From contig JBNKJP010000067.1 of the NCBI GenBank assembly GCA_050291245.1, positions 31,636 through 95,635 on the forward strand: a DNA stretch of 64,000 nucleotides, given 5' to 3'. The position numbers and the translations under genes are program-made. Positions 18,037 to 27,389 of this stretch are shown piece after piece; position 1 is the first letter of the stretch, and every line of letters begins with the position of its first letter. The notes under the pieces were generated by a model. The model did not search any database. It was not told the DNA's origin and saw only the letters and a program-made list of their open reading frames with translations. Origin of the DNA: Candidatus Thiodiazotropha sp. GTDB lineage: Bacteria; Pseudomonadota; Gammaproteobacteria; Chromatiales; Chromatiaceae.

Positions 18037-19536
18037 ATGGCTGAAACTGAAAACCAACAAGCTGCCGCCGGCGAGTCCGTCACCCATGTGGCGCCCGATG
18101 AATTTTCGGCGCTGCTTCAGCAGGAATTCAAACCCAAGACCGAGCGGACCAAGGAAGCCGTTTCCAGTGCCGTGCAGACCCTGGCGGAACTGGTCCTGAA
18201 GGAGTCCAGCACGATCACCGACGATGCGGTGGAAACCATCGAGGGGATCATTGCCGAGATCGACCGCAAGCTCACCGAACAGATCAATCTGATCCTGCAT
18301 CACGAGGATTTCCAACGCCTTGAAGGCACCTGGCGGGGCCTGCACTATCTGGTGAACAACACCGAGACCGACGAGACGCTGAAGATCCGGGTGATGAACA
18401 TCACCAAAAAGGAACTGGGCAAGACCCTGAAGAAATTCAAGGGTACCGCCTGGGATCAAAGCCCCATCTTCAAGAAGGTCTATGAAGAGGAGTACGGCCA
18501 GTTCGGCGGCGAACCCTACGGCTGCCTGGTCGGTGACTACCATTTCGATAATTCACCGATGGATGTGGAGCTGCTCACCGGTATGTCGCAGGTCGCCGCT
18601 GCCGCCCACGCCCCGTTCATCGCTGGCGCCGCCCCTACGGTCATGCAGATGGACAGTTGGCAGGAACTGGCCAACCCCCGTGACCTGACCAAGATCTTCC
18701 AGACCCCGGAATACGCGGCCTGGCGCTCCCTGCGTGAATCCGAGGATTCCCGTTACATCGGTCTGGCCATGCCCCGCTTCCTCTCACGCCTGCCCTACGG
18801 GGCCAAGACCGACCCGGTGGAGGAGTTCGATTTCGAAGAGGACACCGAAGGCGCCCAGCACGACAAGTACACCTGGTCCAACTCCGCCTTCGCGATGGCG
18901 GTAAACATCAACCGGGCCTTTAAACTGTATGGCTGGACCACCCGGATTCGCGGTGTCGAGTCGGGGGGTGCGGTGGAGAGCCTGCCGACCCACACCTTTC
19001 CAACCGACGACGGTGGCGTGGACATGAAGTGTCCCACCGAAATCGCCATCTCCGATCGGCGTGAGGCCGAGTTGGCGAAGAACGGGTTCATGCCGCTGCT
19101 GCATCGCAAGAACTCCGATTTCGCTGCTTTTATCGGGGCCCAGTCGCTGCAAAAACCGTCGGAGTACGACGACCCAGATGCTACGGCCAACGCCAATCTG
19201 GCCGCCCGTCTGCCCTATCTGTTTGCCAGTTGCCGTTTCGCTCACTACCTGAAGTGCATCGTTCGCGACAAGATCGGTTCCTTCAAGGAACGTGACGATA
19301 TGGAGAAGTGGCTGAACAAGTGGATTCAGAAGTACGTCGAGCCTAGTCCGGGTACGGCTTCTGAAGAAGATAAGGCACGTAAACCCCTGGCCGCGGCCGA
19401 GGTGGTGGTGTCTGAAGTGGAAGGAAACCCGGGCTACTACACGTCAAAATTTTTCCTTCGCCCACATTATCAGTTGGAAGGATTGACGGTATCCCTGCGT
19501 CTGGTATCCAAGTTGCCGTCGGAAAAAACGGCCTGA
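18037..19536 (+). CDS. tssC: T6SS contractile sheath large subunit TssC (VipB)
   Basis: FQRLEGTWRGLHYLV; EYGQFGGEPYG; PRFLSRLPYG; RPHYQLEGLTVSLRLV. Confidence 0.97.
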   Translation: MAETENQQAAAGESVTHVAPDEFSALLQQEFKPKTERTKEAVSSAVQTLAELVLKESSTITDDAVETIEGIIAEIDRKLTEQINLILHHEDFQRLEGTWRGLHYLVNNTETDETLKIRVMNITKKELGKTLKKFKGTAWDQSPIFKKVYEEEYGQFGGEPYGCLVGDYHFDNSPMDVELLTGMSQVAAAAHAPFIAGAAPTVMQMDSWQELANPRDLTKIFQTPEYAAWRSLRESEDSRYIGLAMPRFLSRLPYGAKTDPVEEFDFEEDTEGAQHDKYTWSNSAFAMAVNINRAFKLYGWTTRIRGVESGGAVESLPTHTFPTDDGGVDMKCPTEIAISDRREAELAKNGFMPLLHRKNSDFAAFIGAQSLQKPSEYDDPDATANANLAARLPYLFASCRFAHYLKCIVRDKIGSFKERDDMEKWLNKWIQKYVEPSPGTASEEDKARKPLAAAEVVVSEVEGNPGYYTSKFFLRPHYQLEGLTVSLRLVSKLPSEKTA

Positions 19537-19577
19537 TGCCCGACATCTCATCTCATCTTTATTTGGAGGATTGAACA

Positions 19578-20066
19578 ATGGCAGTTGACATTTTTATGAA
19601 AATCGAAGGCGCCGACGGTGAGAGTACCGACGACAAACACCAAAAATGGTGTGAACTCGTCAGTTTCAGTCACGGTGTCTCCCAACCCGTATCCGGCGCC
19701 AGTGGCACTGGCGGCCGAACCGGCGGACGAGCCAATTTCGAACCCTTTGTTGGGATTAAGGAGATCGACAACGCTACACCGGACCTGAACATCAAGTGCG
19801 CCAAGGGTGAACACATCCCGAAGGTCGAGGTAGAACTCTGCCTGGCTACCGGGGACAAGCACACCTTCATGAAGTACACCCTGGAAGACGTCATCGTCTC
19901 CTCGGTGACACCTGGAGGCAGCACGAGTGACGAATCCAAGCCGTATGAAACCGTGGCCTTCGCCTACGGCAAGATCAAATGGGAATACACCCCCATCGAT
20001 CACACCGGCAAACCGGGTTCGACCACCGATCGCACCTGGAGTCTGGAAAAGAACAAACAGGAATAG
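19578..20066 (+). CDS. hcp: T6SS tube protein Hcp (TssD)
   Basis: DIFMKIEGADGESTDDKH; KEIDNATPDL; ETVAFAYGKIKWEY; position after tssC. Confidence 0.96.
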   Translation: MAVDIFMKIEGADGESTDDKHQKWCELVSFSHGVSQPVSGASGTGGRTGGRANFEPFVGIKEIDNATPDLNIKCAKGEHIPKVEVELCLATGDKHTFMKYTLEDVIVSSVTPGGSTSDESKPYETVAFAYGKIKWEYTPIDHTGKPGSTTDRTWSLEKNKQE

Positions 20067-20088
20067 TTGCATCGCTTCTCTGTAGAGA

Positions 20089-20134
20089 CCGGCCTGCCCT
20101 CCGCCAGTTTGGCGACAGGGCAGGCCGGGTTTTG
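20089..20134 (+). terminator. Rho-independent terminator after hcp
   Basis: CCGGCCTGCCCT...AGGGCAGGCCGG stem followed by GTTTTG. Confidence 0.7.
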
Positions 20135-20365
20135 TGCGTTCTCCCGGTCGATGGGCGTCGACAGGCTGGGGCCGCGCAAGCCGGACGCTTGCCGACTCCG
20201 CCAGACACAGGATGATGAGATCCGTCGACGAAACGGCAGGGGTACGTGAAGTACCGGGAGACCCGCAGAACCGTTAAACTGTTCAATCCTCGAATCGGAT
20301 CCGGACGCCTGTCGGGCCATTGAGACCCGACAGGCATTCCGGCCCCGACAACCCGGCAGAGACGA

Positions 20366-21175
20366 ATGCAAGCGGAAAAACTATTACAACAAGGTGAACT
20401 GGAAGCGGCTCTGGATGCCTTGCAACAAACTATCCGTAAAGAACCCGCGAATGCCAAATGGCGGGTGTTCCTGTTTCAATTGCTGTGTATCACCGGTGAC
20501 TGGGAACGGGCGCTGAAACAACTCCAGGTATCCGCGGACCTGGACTCCCTCGGCATCCCGATGGCCCAAACCTACCGTGAGGCAATCCGTTGCGAACTGT
20601 TCCGCAGGGAGGTGTTCGACGGACTGCGCTCCCCGCTGATTTTCGGCGATCCGCCCCAGTGGGTGGCGTTACTTCTCGAAGCGTTGAAACTCACCGCCCA
20701 AGGGGAAGTCGCCCAGGCGGATCAGTTACGCCAGCAGGCCTTCGATCAGGCGCCCACCACCCCGGGACAGATCGACGGTCAGGCGTTTGAATGGATTGCC
20801 GATGCCGATTCCCGGATCGGTCCGGTACTGGAGGCCATCGTCAATGGCCGCTACTACTGGATTCCGGTGCAGCGTCTCAAGCAGATGACCATCGATGCCC
20901 CGGAGGATCTGCGGGATCTGGTCTGGGTGCCCGCCCACCTGACGTTTGCAAACGAAGGTGAAGTGGTGGCCCTGTTGCCCGCCCGCTATCCCGGTACCGA
21001 AGCGACCCAGGACAATACCCTGAAACTCTCGAGAAAGACCGAGTGGCAGCATCACCACGAAGACCTGTACACCGGACTCGGACAACGTATGCTGACAACC
21101 GATCAAGACGAGTACCCGCTGCTGGGAGTCCGCCAGATCCAGTTCCAGAGCGAGGCGGACGCAGAGGCGAAATGA
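20366..21175 (+). CDS. tagJ: T6SS accessory protein TagJ (ImpE/SciE)
   Basis: RVFLFQLLCITGDWERA; WIADADSRIGPVLE; DLRDLVW; GLGQRML. Confidence 0.92.
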   Translation: MQAEKLLQQGELEAALDALQQTIRKEPANAKWRVFLFQLLCITGDWERALKQLQVSADLDSLGIPMAQTYREAIRCELFRREVFDGLRSPLIFGDPPQWVALLLEALKLTAQGEVAQADQLRQQAFDQAPTTPGQIDGQAFEWIADADSRIGPVLEAIVNGRYYWIPVQRLKQMTIDAPEDLRDLVWVPAHLTFANEGEVVALLPARYPGTEATQDNTLKLSRKTEWQHHHEDLYTGLGQRMLTTDQDEYPLLGVRQIQFQSEADAEAK

Positions 21176-21209
21176 GATCATCGAAACCGCCCTACCCAAT
21201 GGAGAGCCT

Positions 21210-21728
21210 GTGCCCTTGAAGGCTACGAAAAATCAGCATTTGCAACCCTCCCTGCTCGACCGTCTGACCGATGAAGAGCCGGAGAAAAGCAAGGAGTCCC
21301 AGGACAAACGCGTGATGTCCATGCGCCGCTTACGCCAGTCGGTGCTGCGGGATCTGGCCTGGCTGCTCAATACCACCAACCTGGCCACCACCGAGGATCT
21401 GGAACCCTACCCCGAGGTCGCCCGTTCGGTGCTCAATTTCGGCATCCGCGAGCTTTCGGGACACCTGGTCTCGGGTATGGACCTGAATCAGCTGGAACGC
21501 ATGGTGCGCCAGGCGGTGCAGGAGTTCGAGCCACGCATCCTGCCTAACTCGGTGCGGGTCCGCTCCGTACGGGACAGCGCCAAGGAGAGCCATAACCGGC
21601 TCATGTTCGAGATTGAAGGCCAGCTCTGGGCCGTACCTACACCGACCCACATGCTGATCAAGACCCAAATCGATTTCGAAGAGGGGGGCGTGAGCATCTC
21701 CGACGCCTTCGGCGCGGGTCGGGAGTAG
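21210..21728 (+). CDS. tssE: T6SS baseplate subunit TssE
   Basis: PSLLDRL; DLAWLLNT; SVLNFG; FEPRI. Confidence 0.93.
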   Translation: MPLKATKNQHLQPSLLDRLTDEEPEKSKESQDKRVMSMRRLRQSVLRDLAWLLNTTNLATTEDLEPYPEVARSVLNFGIRELSGHLVSGMDLNQLERMVRQAVQEFEPRILPNSVRVRSVRDSAKESHNRLMFEIEGQLWAVPTPTHMLIKTQIDFEEGGVSISDAFGAGRE

Positions 21729-21732
21729 CCCG

Positions 21733-23604
21733 ATGGACCCGAGACTGCTCAAGTATTACAACCAGGAACTGCAATATCTGCGGGAGATGGGCGCGGAATT
21801 CGCCCATGCCTATCCGAAGATCGCTAGCCGCCTGACCCTGGACGAGTTTGAATGCGCCGACCCCTATGTGGAGCGCCTGCTGGAGGGCTTCAGTTTCCTC
21901 ACCGCGCGTATCCAACTCAAACTCGACGAGGAGTTTCCCCGCTTCACCCAGCACCTGATGGAGCGGGTCTACCCCCACTACCTGGCTCCGACACCGTCCA
22001 TGATGGTGGTACAGATGCAGACCGATCTGCTCGATCCCTCCCTGGGAGATGGGTTTCTGCTGCCCCGGGAATCGACTTTGCGCAGTCGCCTCGGCAAGGG
22101 TAATCAGACCCCCTGCATCTACCGCACGGCCCAGGACGTACGACTCTGGCCAATCTCCATTGAAAGTGTCGACTATCTGCCAAGTCCGGCGGCGATCGCC
22201 CTGGCGGGTATCGGTAAGCAGCCCGGCGCCAAGGCCGCCCTGCGGTTTCGCCTCAATACCGCCGGAGACATCCCCTTCAACCGGCTGGAACTGGACCGCC
22301 TGCCCCTGTTTCTCAGCGGCGGCGACCCGGGTAAACACGCCTTCGAGGTGCTCGCCGGACATACCCTGCGACTGATCGGTCGGGCCACGGATTCGGAAAC
22401 TCATCACAGCACCCGGCAGCCCTGTCCGGTGCGCATCATGGGCTTCGAGGAAGAGGAGGCGCTGCTGCCCTACGGTCCCCGTTCGTTCCAGGGATACCGC
22501 TTCCTGGCGGAGTACTTCGCCCTCTCCAATCGCTTCATGTTCCTGGAGCTGAGGGATCTGCAGTCCGTGATCCCCAATTGCGACAGCCAACAACTGGAGC
22601 TGTTTGCCCTGTTGGACACCACCGAACCGCGACTCGAAGGGGCCTTGAGTGAGAAGAACTTCCTGCTCTACTGCACCCCTGCGATCAACCTGTTTCCCAA
22701 ACGCGCGGACCGAATCCACCTCAATGACAGCTTCGCAGAACATCATGTCCTGCCGGACCGCACCCGGCCGATGGACTACGAAGTCTACGAGGTCACCGGG
22801 GTGAAGGGTGTGGGCAGCAACACCGGCGAGAACCAGGTCTTTCATCCGTTCTACGCCAGCAATGACCTGATTGCCTCGGACCAGCCACGGGCCTATTACG
22901 TAACCCACCGGCTCCCCAGACTGCTGTCGTCGAAACAGCAGCGCGAGGGGGCGCGTACCGGTTATGTGGGCAGTGAAGTGTTTCTCTCGATCGTGGATGC
23001 GGACGAGGCGCCCTATCAGAGCGACATGCGTCAGTTGGCCGTGACGACTCTGTGCACCAACCGGGACCTCCCCATGCATATTCCCCTGGGTCAGAGCGAC
23101 ACCAGCTTTACCCTGGACAGCAGCACTCCGGTGAACCAGATTCGCTGTATCGGCTCCCCCACCCGACCCCGACCCTCCACGGCCCAGGGTCAGATCAGCT
23201 GGCGTCTGATCAATCACCTGTCACTGAACTACCTGTCCCTGGCGGGAGAGGATCAGGAACAGAGTACCGCGGCGTTGAAGGACTTCTTGCAATTGTATGC
23301 CGATACCAGCGATCCGGCCCTGCGCAAGCAGGTCGACGGGGTGCTTTTGATCCAGGCCAAACCGGTCAACCGGCGCCTGCCCAGTCCCGGGCCCATTTCG
23401 TTCGGCCACGGCCTCGAAATCACCCTGACCCTGGATGAGTCCGCCTTCGAGGGCAGCAGCGCCTTTCTGTTCGGCGCCATGATGGAGCAGTTCTTTCGCC
23501 GTTACACGGCGATCAACTCCTTTACGGAAACCGTAATCGTCACCCAACAACGTGGAGAGATCATGCGATGGCCGGTCAGGCTGGGTCTGAGACACACGCT
23601 CTAG
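21733..23604 (+). CDS. tssF: T6SS baseplate subunit TssF
   Basis: YYNQELQYLREMGAEFA..YPKIA; DPYVERLLEGF; LYCTPAINLF; WRLINHLSLNYLSL; INSFT. Confidence 0.97.
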   Translation: MDPRLLKYYNQELQYLREMGAEFAHAYPKIASRLTLDEFECADPYVERLLEGFSFLTARIQLKLDEEFPRFTQHLMERVYPHYLAPTPSMMVVQMQTDLLDPSLGDGFLLPRESTLRSRLGKGNQTPCIYRTAQDVRLWPISIESVDYLPSPAAIALAGIGKQPGAKAALRFRLNTAGDIPFNRLELDRLPLFLSGGDPGKHAFEVLAGHTLRLIGRATDSETHHSTRQPCPVRIMGFEEEEALLPYGPRSFQGYRFLAEYFALSNRFMFLELRDLQSVIPNCDSQQLELFALLDTTEPRLEGALSEKNFLLYCTPAINLFPKRADRIHLNDSFAEHHVLPDRTRPMDYEVYEVTGVKGVGSNTGENQVFHPFYASNDLIASDQPRAYYVTHRLPRLLSSKQQREGARTGYVGSEVFLSIVDADEAPYQSDMRQLAVTTLCTNRDLPMHIPLGQSDTSFTLDSSTPVNQIRCIGSPTRPRPSTAQGQISWRLINHLSLNYLSLAGEDQEQSTAALKDFLQLYADTSDPALRKQVDGVLLIQAKPVNRRLPSPGPISFGHGLEITLTLDESAFEGSSAFLFGAMMEQFFRRYTAINSFTETVIVTQQRGEIMRWPVRLGLRHTL

Positions 23605-24608
23605 GTCTGTTCGACCAACTGCGCCAGGGTCCCTATCGCTTCGACTTCTATCAGGCGATGAGACGGCTCGAATGCGCCTACCCGGACAACCCCCGTCTGG
23701 GCAGGTCGCGCCATCCCCGGAATGACCCTATTCGCCTGGGACAGGACCCGACCATGGCATTCCAACCCTCCACCCTCTCCTCGTTTCAAGAGGGGAAGGA
23801 TGGCGTGCCGCCACGCCTGGGGAGTTACTTCCTCGGTCTGTTCGGACCCAACGGCCCCCTGCCCCTGCACCTCACGGAATATGTCTATGAGCGCAAGAAG
23901 AACCATCGGGACCCGACCCTGGTCCAGTTTCTCGATCTGTTCCACCACCGGCTGCTGAGCCTTTTCTACCGGGTCTGGGCGGACAGCCAACCGACGGTGA
24001 GCTACGACCGTCCGGACCAGGACCGTTTCGGCGATTACCTGGGATCCCTGTTCGGTATCGGTACGGAGTATCTGCAGCGACGCGATGCCATGCCCGACCT
24101 GGCGAAACGCCACTACGCGGGCCGTCTGGCATGCCAGACCCGCAACGCCGAGGGACTCGAGGCGATCCTGCGGGACTTCTTCCGTCTGCCGGTACGCATC
24201 GATGAATTTGTCGGCTGCTGGATCGATCTGCCGGACAACAGCCGCTGCCGGCTGGGGCTCTCCGAGGAGATCAGCGCTCTGGGTGCCACCATCATCCTGG
24301 GGGACCGGGTGTGGTTGGGGCAACAAAAATTTCGTATCGTCCTGGGGGCCCTGAATTTTGCCGACTACCAGCGCATGCTGCCCGGGGGCGATAGTATGAA
24401 ACGACTGATCGCGGTGGTGAAAAACTACATCGGCGACGAATTGGACTGGGAACTGCAATTGATCCTGGCCGAAGCGGAAATCCCGGCACCACAACTCAAC
24501 GGCACGAGCCGGCTGGGCTGGACCAGTTGGCTGGCACAACAACCCCTGGGACGGGACGGTGACGATCTCACCCTTCATCCCCTTGAACTGAGAGGCCTGA
24601 CATCATGA
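23568..24608 (+). CDS. tssG: T6SS baseplate subunit TssG
   Basis: FDFYQAMRRLE; FLGLFGPNGPLPLHLTE; FLDLFHHRL; RLGWTSWL. Confidence 0.96.
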   Translation: MAGQAGSETHALGLFDQLRQGPYRFDFYQAMRRLECAYPDNPRLGRSRHPRNDPIRLGQDPTMAFQPSTLSSFQEGKDGVPPRLGSYFLGLFGPNGPLPLHLTEYVYERKKNHRDPTLVQFLDLFHHRLLSLFYRVWADSQPTVSYDRPDQDRFGDYLGSLFGIGTEYLQRRDAMPDLAKRHYAGRLACQTRNAEGLEAILRDFFRLPVRIDEFVGCWIDLPDNSRCRLGLSEEISALGATIILGDRVWLGQQKFRIVLGALNFADYQRMLPGGDSMKRLIAVVKNYIGDELDWELQLILAEAEIPAPQLNGTSRLGWTSWLAQQPLGRDGDDLTLHPLELRGLTS

Positions 24609-27346
24609 GCGAGATCAACCGCGTTGCCCTGTTCGGAAAATTGAACAGCCTCGGCTACCGGGCCATAGAGAGTGCCACCGTATTCTGCAAGATGCGCGGC
24701 AACCCCTATGTCGAACTGGTCCACTGGTTCCATCAGATCCTGCAGTTGCAGGATTCGGACCTGCACCGCATCATCAAGCAGTTCAATCTGGAGCCTTCCC
24801 GTCTGGCCAAGGACATCACCGAACACCTGGACGCCCTGCCCCGGGGCTCAACCTCGATCTCGGACCTCTCCTCCCACGTGGAGGAGGCCACGGAACGGGG
24901 CTGGGTCTATGGCACCCTGATGTTCGGTGATGCCCAGGTACGCACCGGCTATCTGATCGTGGGCATTCTCAAGACCAACAGCCTGCGTAACGCCCTGGTG
25001 CGCATCTCCGACGAGTTCAAGAAGATCAGCGCCGACACCCTCACCGAGCGTTTCGCCGAAGTGGTGGCAGGCTCCCCCGAAGAGGCCATGCGGGCCAATG
25101 ACGGCTTCCAGATCGGTGGCGGGGCCGCCCCGGGAGAAGCCAGTGGCGCCATGGCGCCGGCCCAGATGGGCAAGCAACAGGCCCTGCATCAGTTCTCCGT
25201 GGACCTGACCGAACGGGCGCGAAAGGGCGAGATCGACCCCATCGTCGGGCGTGACGACGAAATTCGCCAGATCGTCGATATCCTGATGCGACGGCGGCAG
25301 AACAACCCTATCCTCACCGGCGAGGCCGGGGTGGGCAAGACCGCTGTGGTAGAGGGTTTCGCCTTGCAGATCGCCCGGGGCGAGGTACCGCCACCGCTGC
25401 AGGATGTCACCCTGCGGGTACTCGATGTGGGGCTGTTGCAGGCGGGCGCCAGCATGAAGGGCGAATTCGAAAACCGCCTCAAGCAGTTCATCGAGGAGGT
25501 GCAGTCCTCCGAAAAGCCGATCATCCTGTTCATCGACGAAGCACACACCCTGATCGGCGCCGGGGGCAGTGCCGGGACCGGCGATGCGGCCAACCTGCTC
25601 AAACCCGCCCTGGCGCGGGGGACCCTGCGCACCATCGCAGCCACTACCTGGGCGGAGTACAAAAAGTACATCGAGAAGGATCCGGCCCTGACCCGGCGTT
25701 TCCAGGTGGTGCAGGTGGACGAACCGGACGAGGCGCGGGCCATCCGCATGATGCGGGGGGTTGCCGGGACCCTGGAACAACATCATCGGGTGCAGATCCT
25801 CGACGAGGCCCTGGAGGCTTCGGTGCGGCTCTCTCATCGCTACATTCCCGCCCGACAGCTGCCGGATAAGTCAGTGAGTCTGCTCGACACCACCTGCGCC
25901 CGGGTCGCTATCAGCCAGGCCGCGGTGCCCGCCGAGGTGGACGACAGTCGGCGGCGCATCGAAGCCCTGGAGACGGAGCTGGAGATCATCGGCCGGGAAA
26001 AGGCCATCGGCCTGGACACGGCGGAGCGGGAAGGTTCCACCGAAGAAAAACTGGAACAGGAACGGGCCCGTCTGGAACAACTGACCGAACGCTGGGAAGC
26101 GGAGAAATCCCTGGTCGAACAGGTGCTGAAAATCCAGCGCAGGCTCAAGGGAGAGCCGGAAGCGTCTGACACACCTGTGGTCAGTGCCGATTCAACCGAT
26201 GACAAACCCGCGGAACCGACTGACACTGCGTCTGCCGATACCCCCGAGAACGTTTCACCCGAGGCCCTGCTCAGTGAATTGGGTGGGTTGAAAGAGCAGT
26301 TGCAGACTTTGCAGGGGGAATCCCCCCTGATCCTGCCCAGTGTCGATGCCCAGGCGGTGGCCTCGGTGGTGGGGGACTGGACCGGTATCCCGGTGGGCCG
26401 GATGGTGAAAAACGAAATCGAGACGGTTCTGAATCTCAGCGACACTCTGGCCAGGCGGGTCATCGGTCAGGACCACGCCCTGGAGATGATCGCCCGGCGC
26501 ATTCAGACCTCCCGGGCCAATCTGGACAATCCCAACAAACCCATTGGTGTGTTCATGCTCTGCGGACCCTCCGGCGTGGGCAAGACCGAGACGGGGCTGA
26601 CCCTGGCGGAATCCCTCTACGGCGGGGAGCAGAACGTCATCACCATCAATATGAGTGAATTCCAGGAGGCGCATACCGTCTCCACCCTGAAAGGGGCGCC
26701 TCCGGGCTATGTCGGCTACGGTGAGGGTGGCATTCTCACCGAAGCGGTGCGCCGCAAACCCTACAGCGTGGTGCTGCTCGATGAAGTTGAGAAGGCCCAT
26801 CCGGACGTGCATGAGATCTTCTTCCAGGTCTTTGACAAGGGTTGGATGGAGGATGGGGAGGGCCGCCATATCGACTTCAAGAACACCCTGATTCTACTTA
26901 CCTCCAACGTGGGCACGGAGATGATCGACAACCTCTGCAAGGATCCGGAGCTGATACCGGAACCCGCGACCATCGCCCAGTCACTGCGTGATCCCTTGCA
27001 GAAGGTCTTCCCCGCCGCCTTACTCGGTCGTCTGGTGGTAATACCCTACTATCCGCTCAGTGACGAGGTGTTGGCGAAGGTGGTGCGCCTGCAACTCGGC
27101 CGGATTCAGGCCCGTATCCTGGAGAACCACGGCATTCCCCTGGAGGTCGACGACGAGGTGATCAAATTGATCATCAGCCGCTGTACAGAAGTCGAGAGTG
27201 GCGCAAGAATGGTGGATGCGATACTTACCAATACACTACTGCCCGAAATCAGCCGTCACATACTGATCGAACAGATGGAGGGACGGCCTATCGCGCGCAT
27301 CGGCATCAACGTGGAGGAGAACGAGTTCAACTACCATTTCAGCTAG
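24605..27346 (+). CDS. clpV: T6SS AAA+ ATPase ClpV (TssH)
   Basis: Two Walker A motifs (GEAGVGKT, GPSGVGKT); LVHWFHQIL N-terminus; GAPPGYVGYGEGG. Confidence 0.97.
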   Translation: MSEINRVALFGKLNSLGYRAIESATVFCKMRGNPYVELVHWFHQILQLQDSDLHRIIKQFNLEPSRLAKDITEHLDALPRGSTSISDLSSHVEEATERGWVYGTLMFGDAQVRTGYLIVGILKTNSLRNALVRISDEFKKISADTLTERFAEVVAGSPEEAMRANDGFQIGGGAAPGEASGAMAPAQMGKQQALHQFSVDLTERARKGEIDPIVGRDDEIRQIVDILMRRRQNNPILTGEAGVGKTAVVEGFALQIARGEVPPPLQDVTLRVLDVGLLQAGASMKGEFENRLKQFIEEVQSSEKPIILFIDEAHTLIGAGGSAGTGDAANLLKPALARGTLRTIAATTWAEYKKYIEKDPALTRRFQVVQVDEPDEARAIRMMRGVAGTLEQHHRVQILDEALEASVRLSHRYIPARQLPDKSVSLLDTTCARVAISQAAVPAEVDDSRRRIEALETELEIIGREKAIGLDTAEREGSTEEKLEQERARLEQLTERWEAEKSLVEQVLKIQRRLKGEPEASDTPVVSADSTDDKPAEPTDTASADTPENVSPEALLSELGGLKEQLQTLQGESPLILPSVDAQAVASVVGDWTGIPVGRMVKNEIETVLNLSDTLARRVIGQDHALEMIARRIQTSRANLDNPNKPIGVFMLCGPSGVGKTETGLTLAESLYGGEQNVITINMSEFQEAHTVSTLKGAPPGYVGYGEGGILTEAVRRKPYSVVLLDEVEKAHPDVHEIFFQVFDKGWMEDGEGRHIDFKNTLILLTSNVGTEMIDNLCKDPELIPEPATIAQSLRDPLQKVFPAALLGRLVVIPYYPLSDEVLAKVVRLQLGRIQARILENHGIPLEVDDEVIKLIISRCTEVESGARMVDAILTNTLLPEISRHILIEQMEGRPIARIGINVEENEFNYHFS

Positions 27347-27389
27347 TGGATGGTCGTAGAACGAAGTCTGTTTCGAAACCTTTGAACCT

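Noticed and set aside
20210-20234. Hammerhead-ribozyme-like string ATGATGAG...GACGAAAC
   Set aside because: The core should be CUGAUGA, stem II is only about 3 weak pairs, and no convincing stems I and III were found.
26160-26270. Acidic low-complexity insertion in the ClpV middle region
   Set aside because: Variable linkers are common at this position in ClpV; no functional inference is possible.
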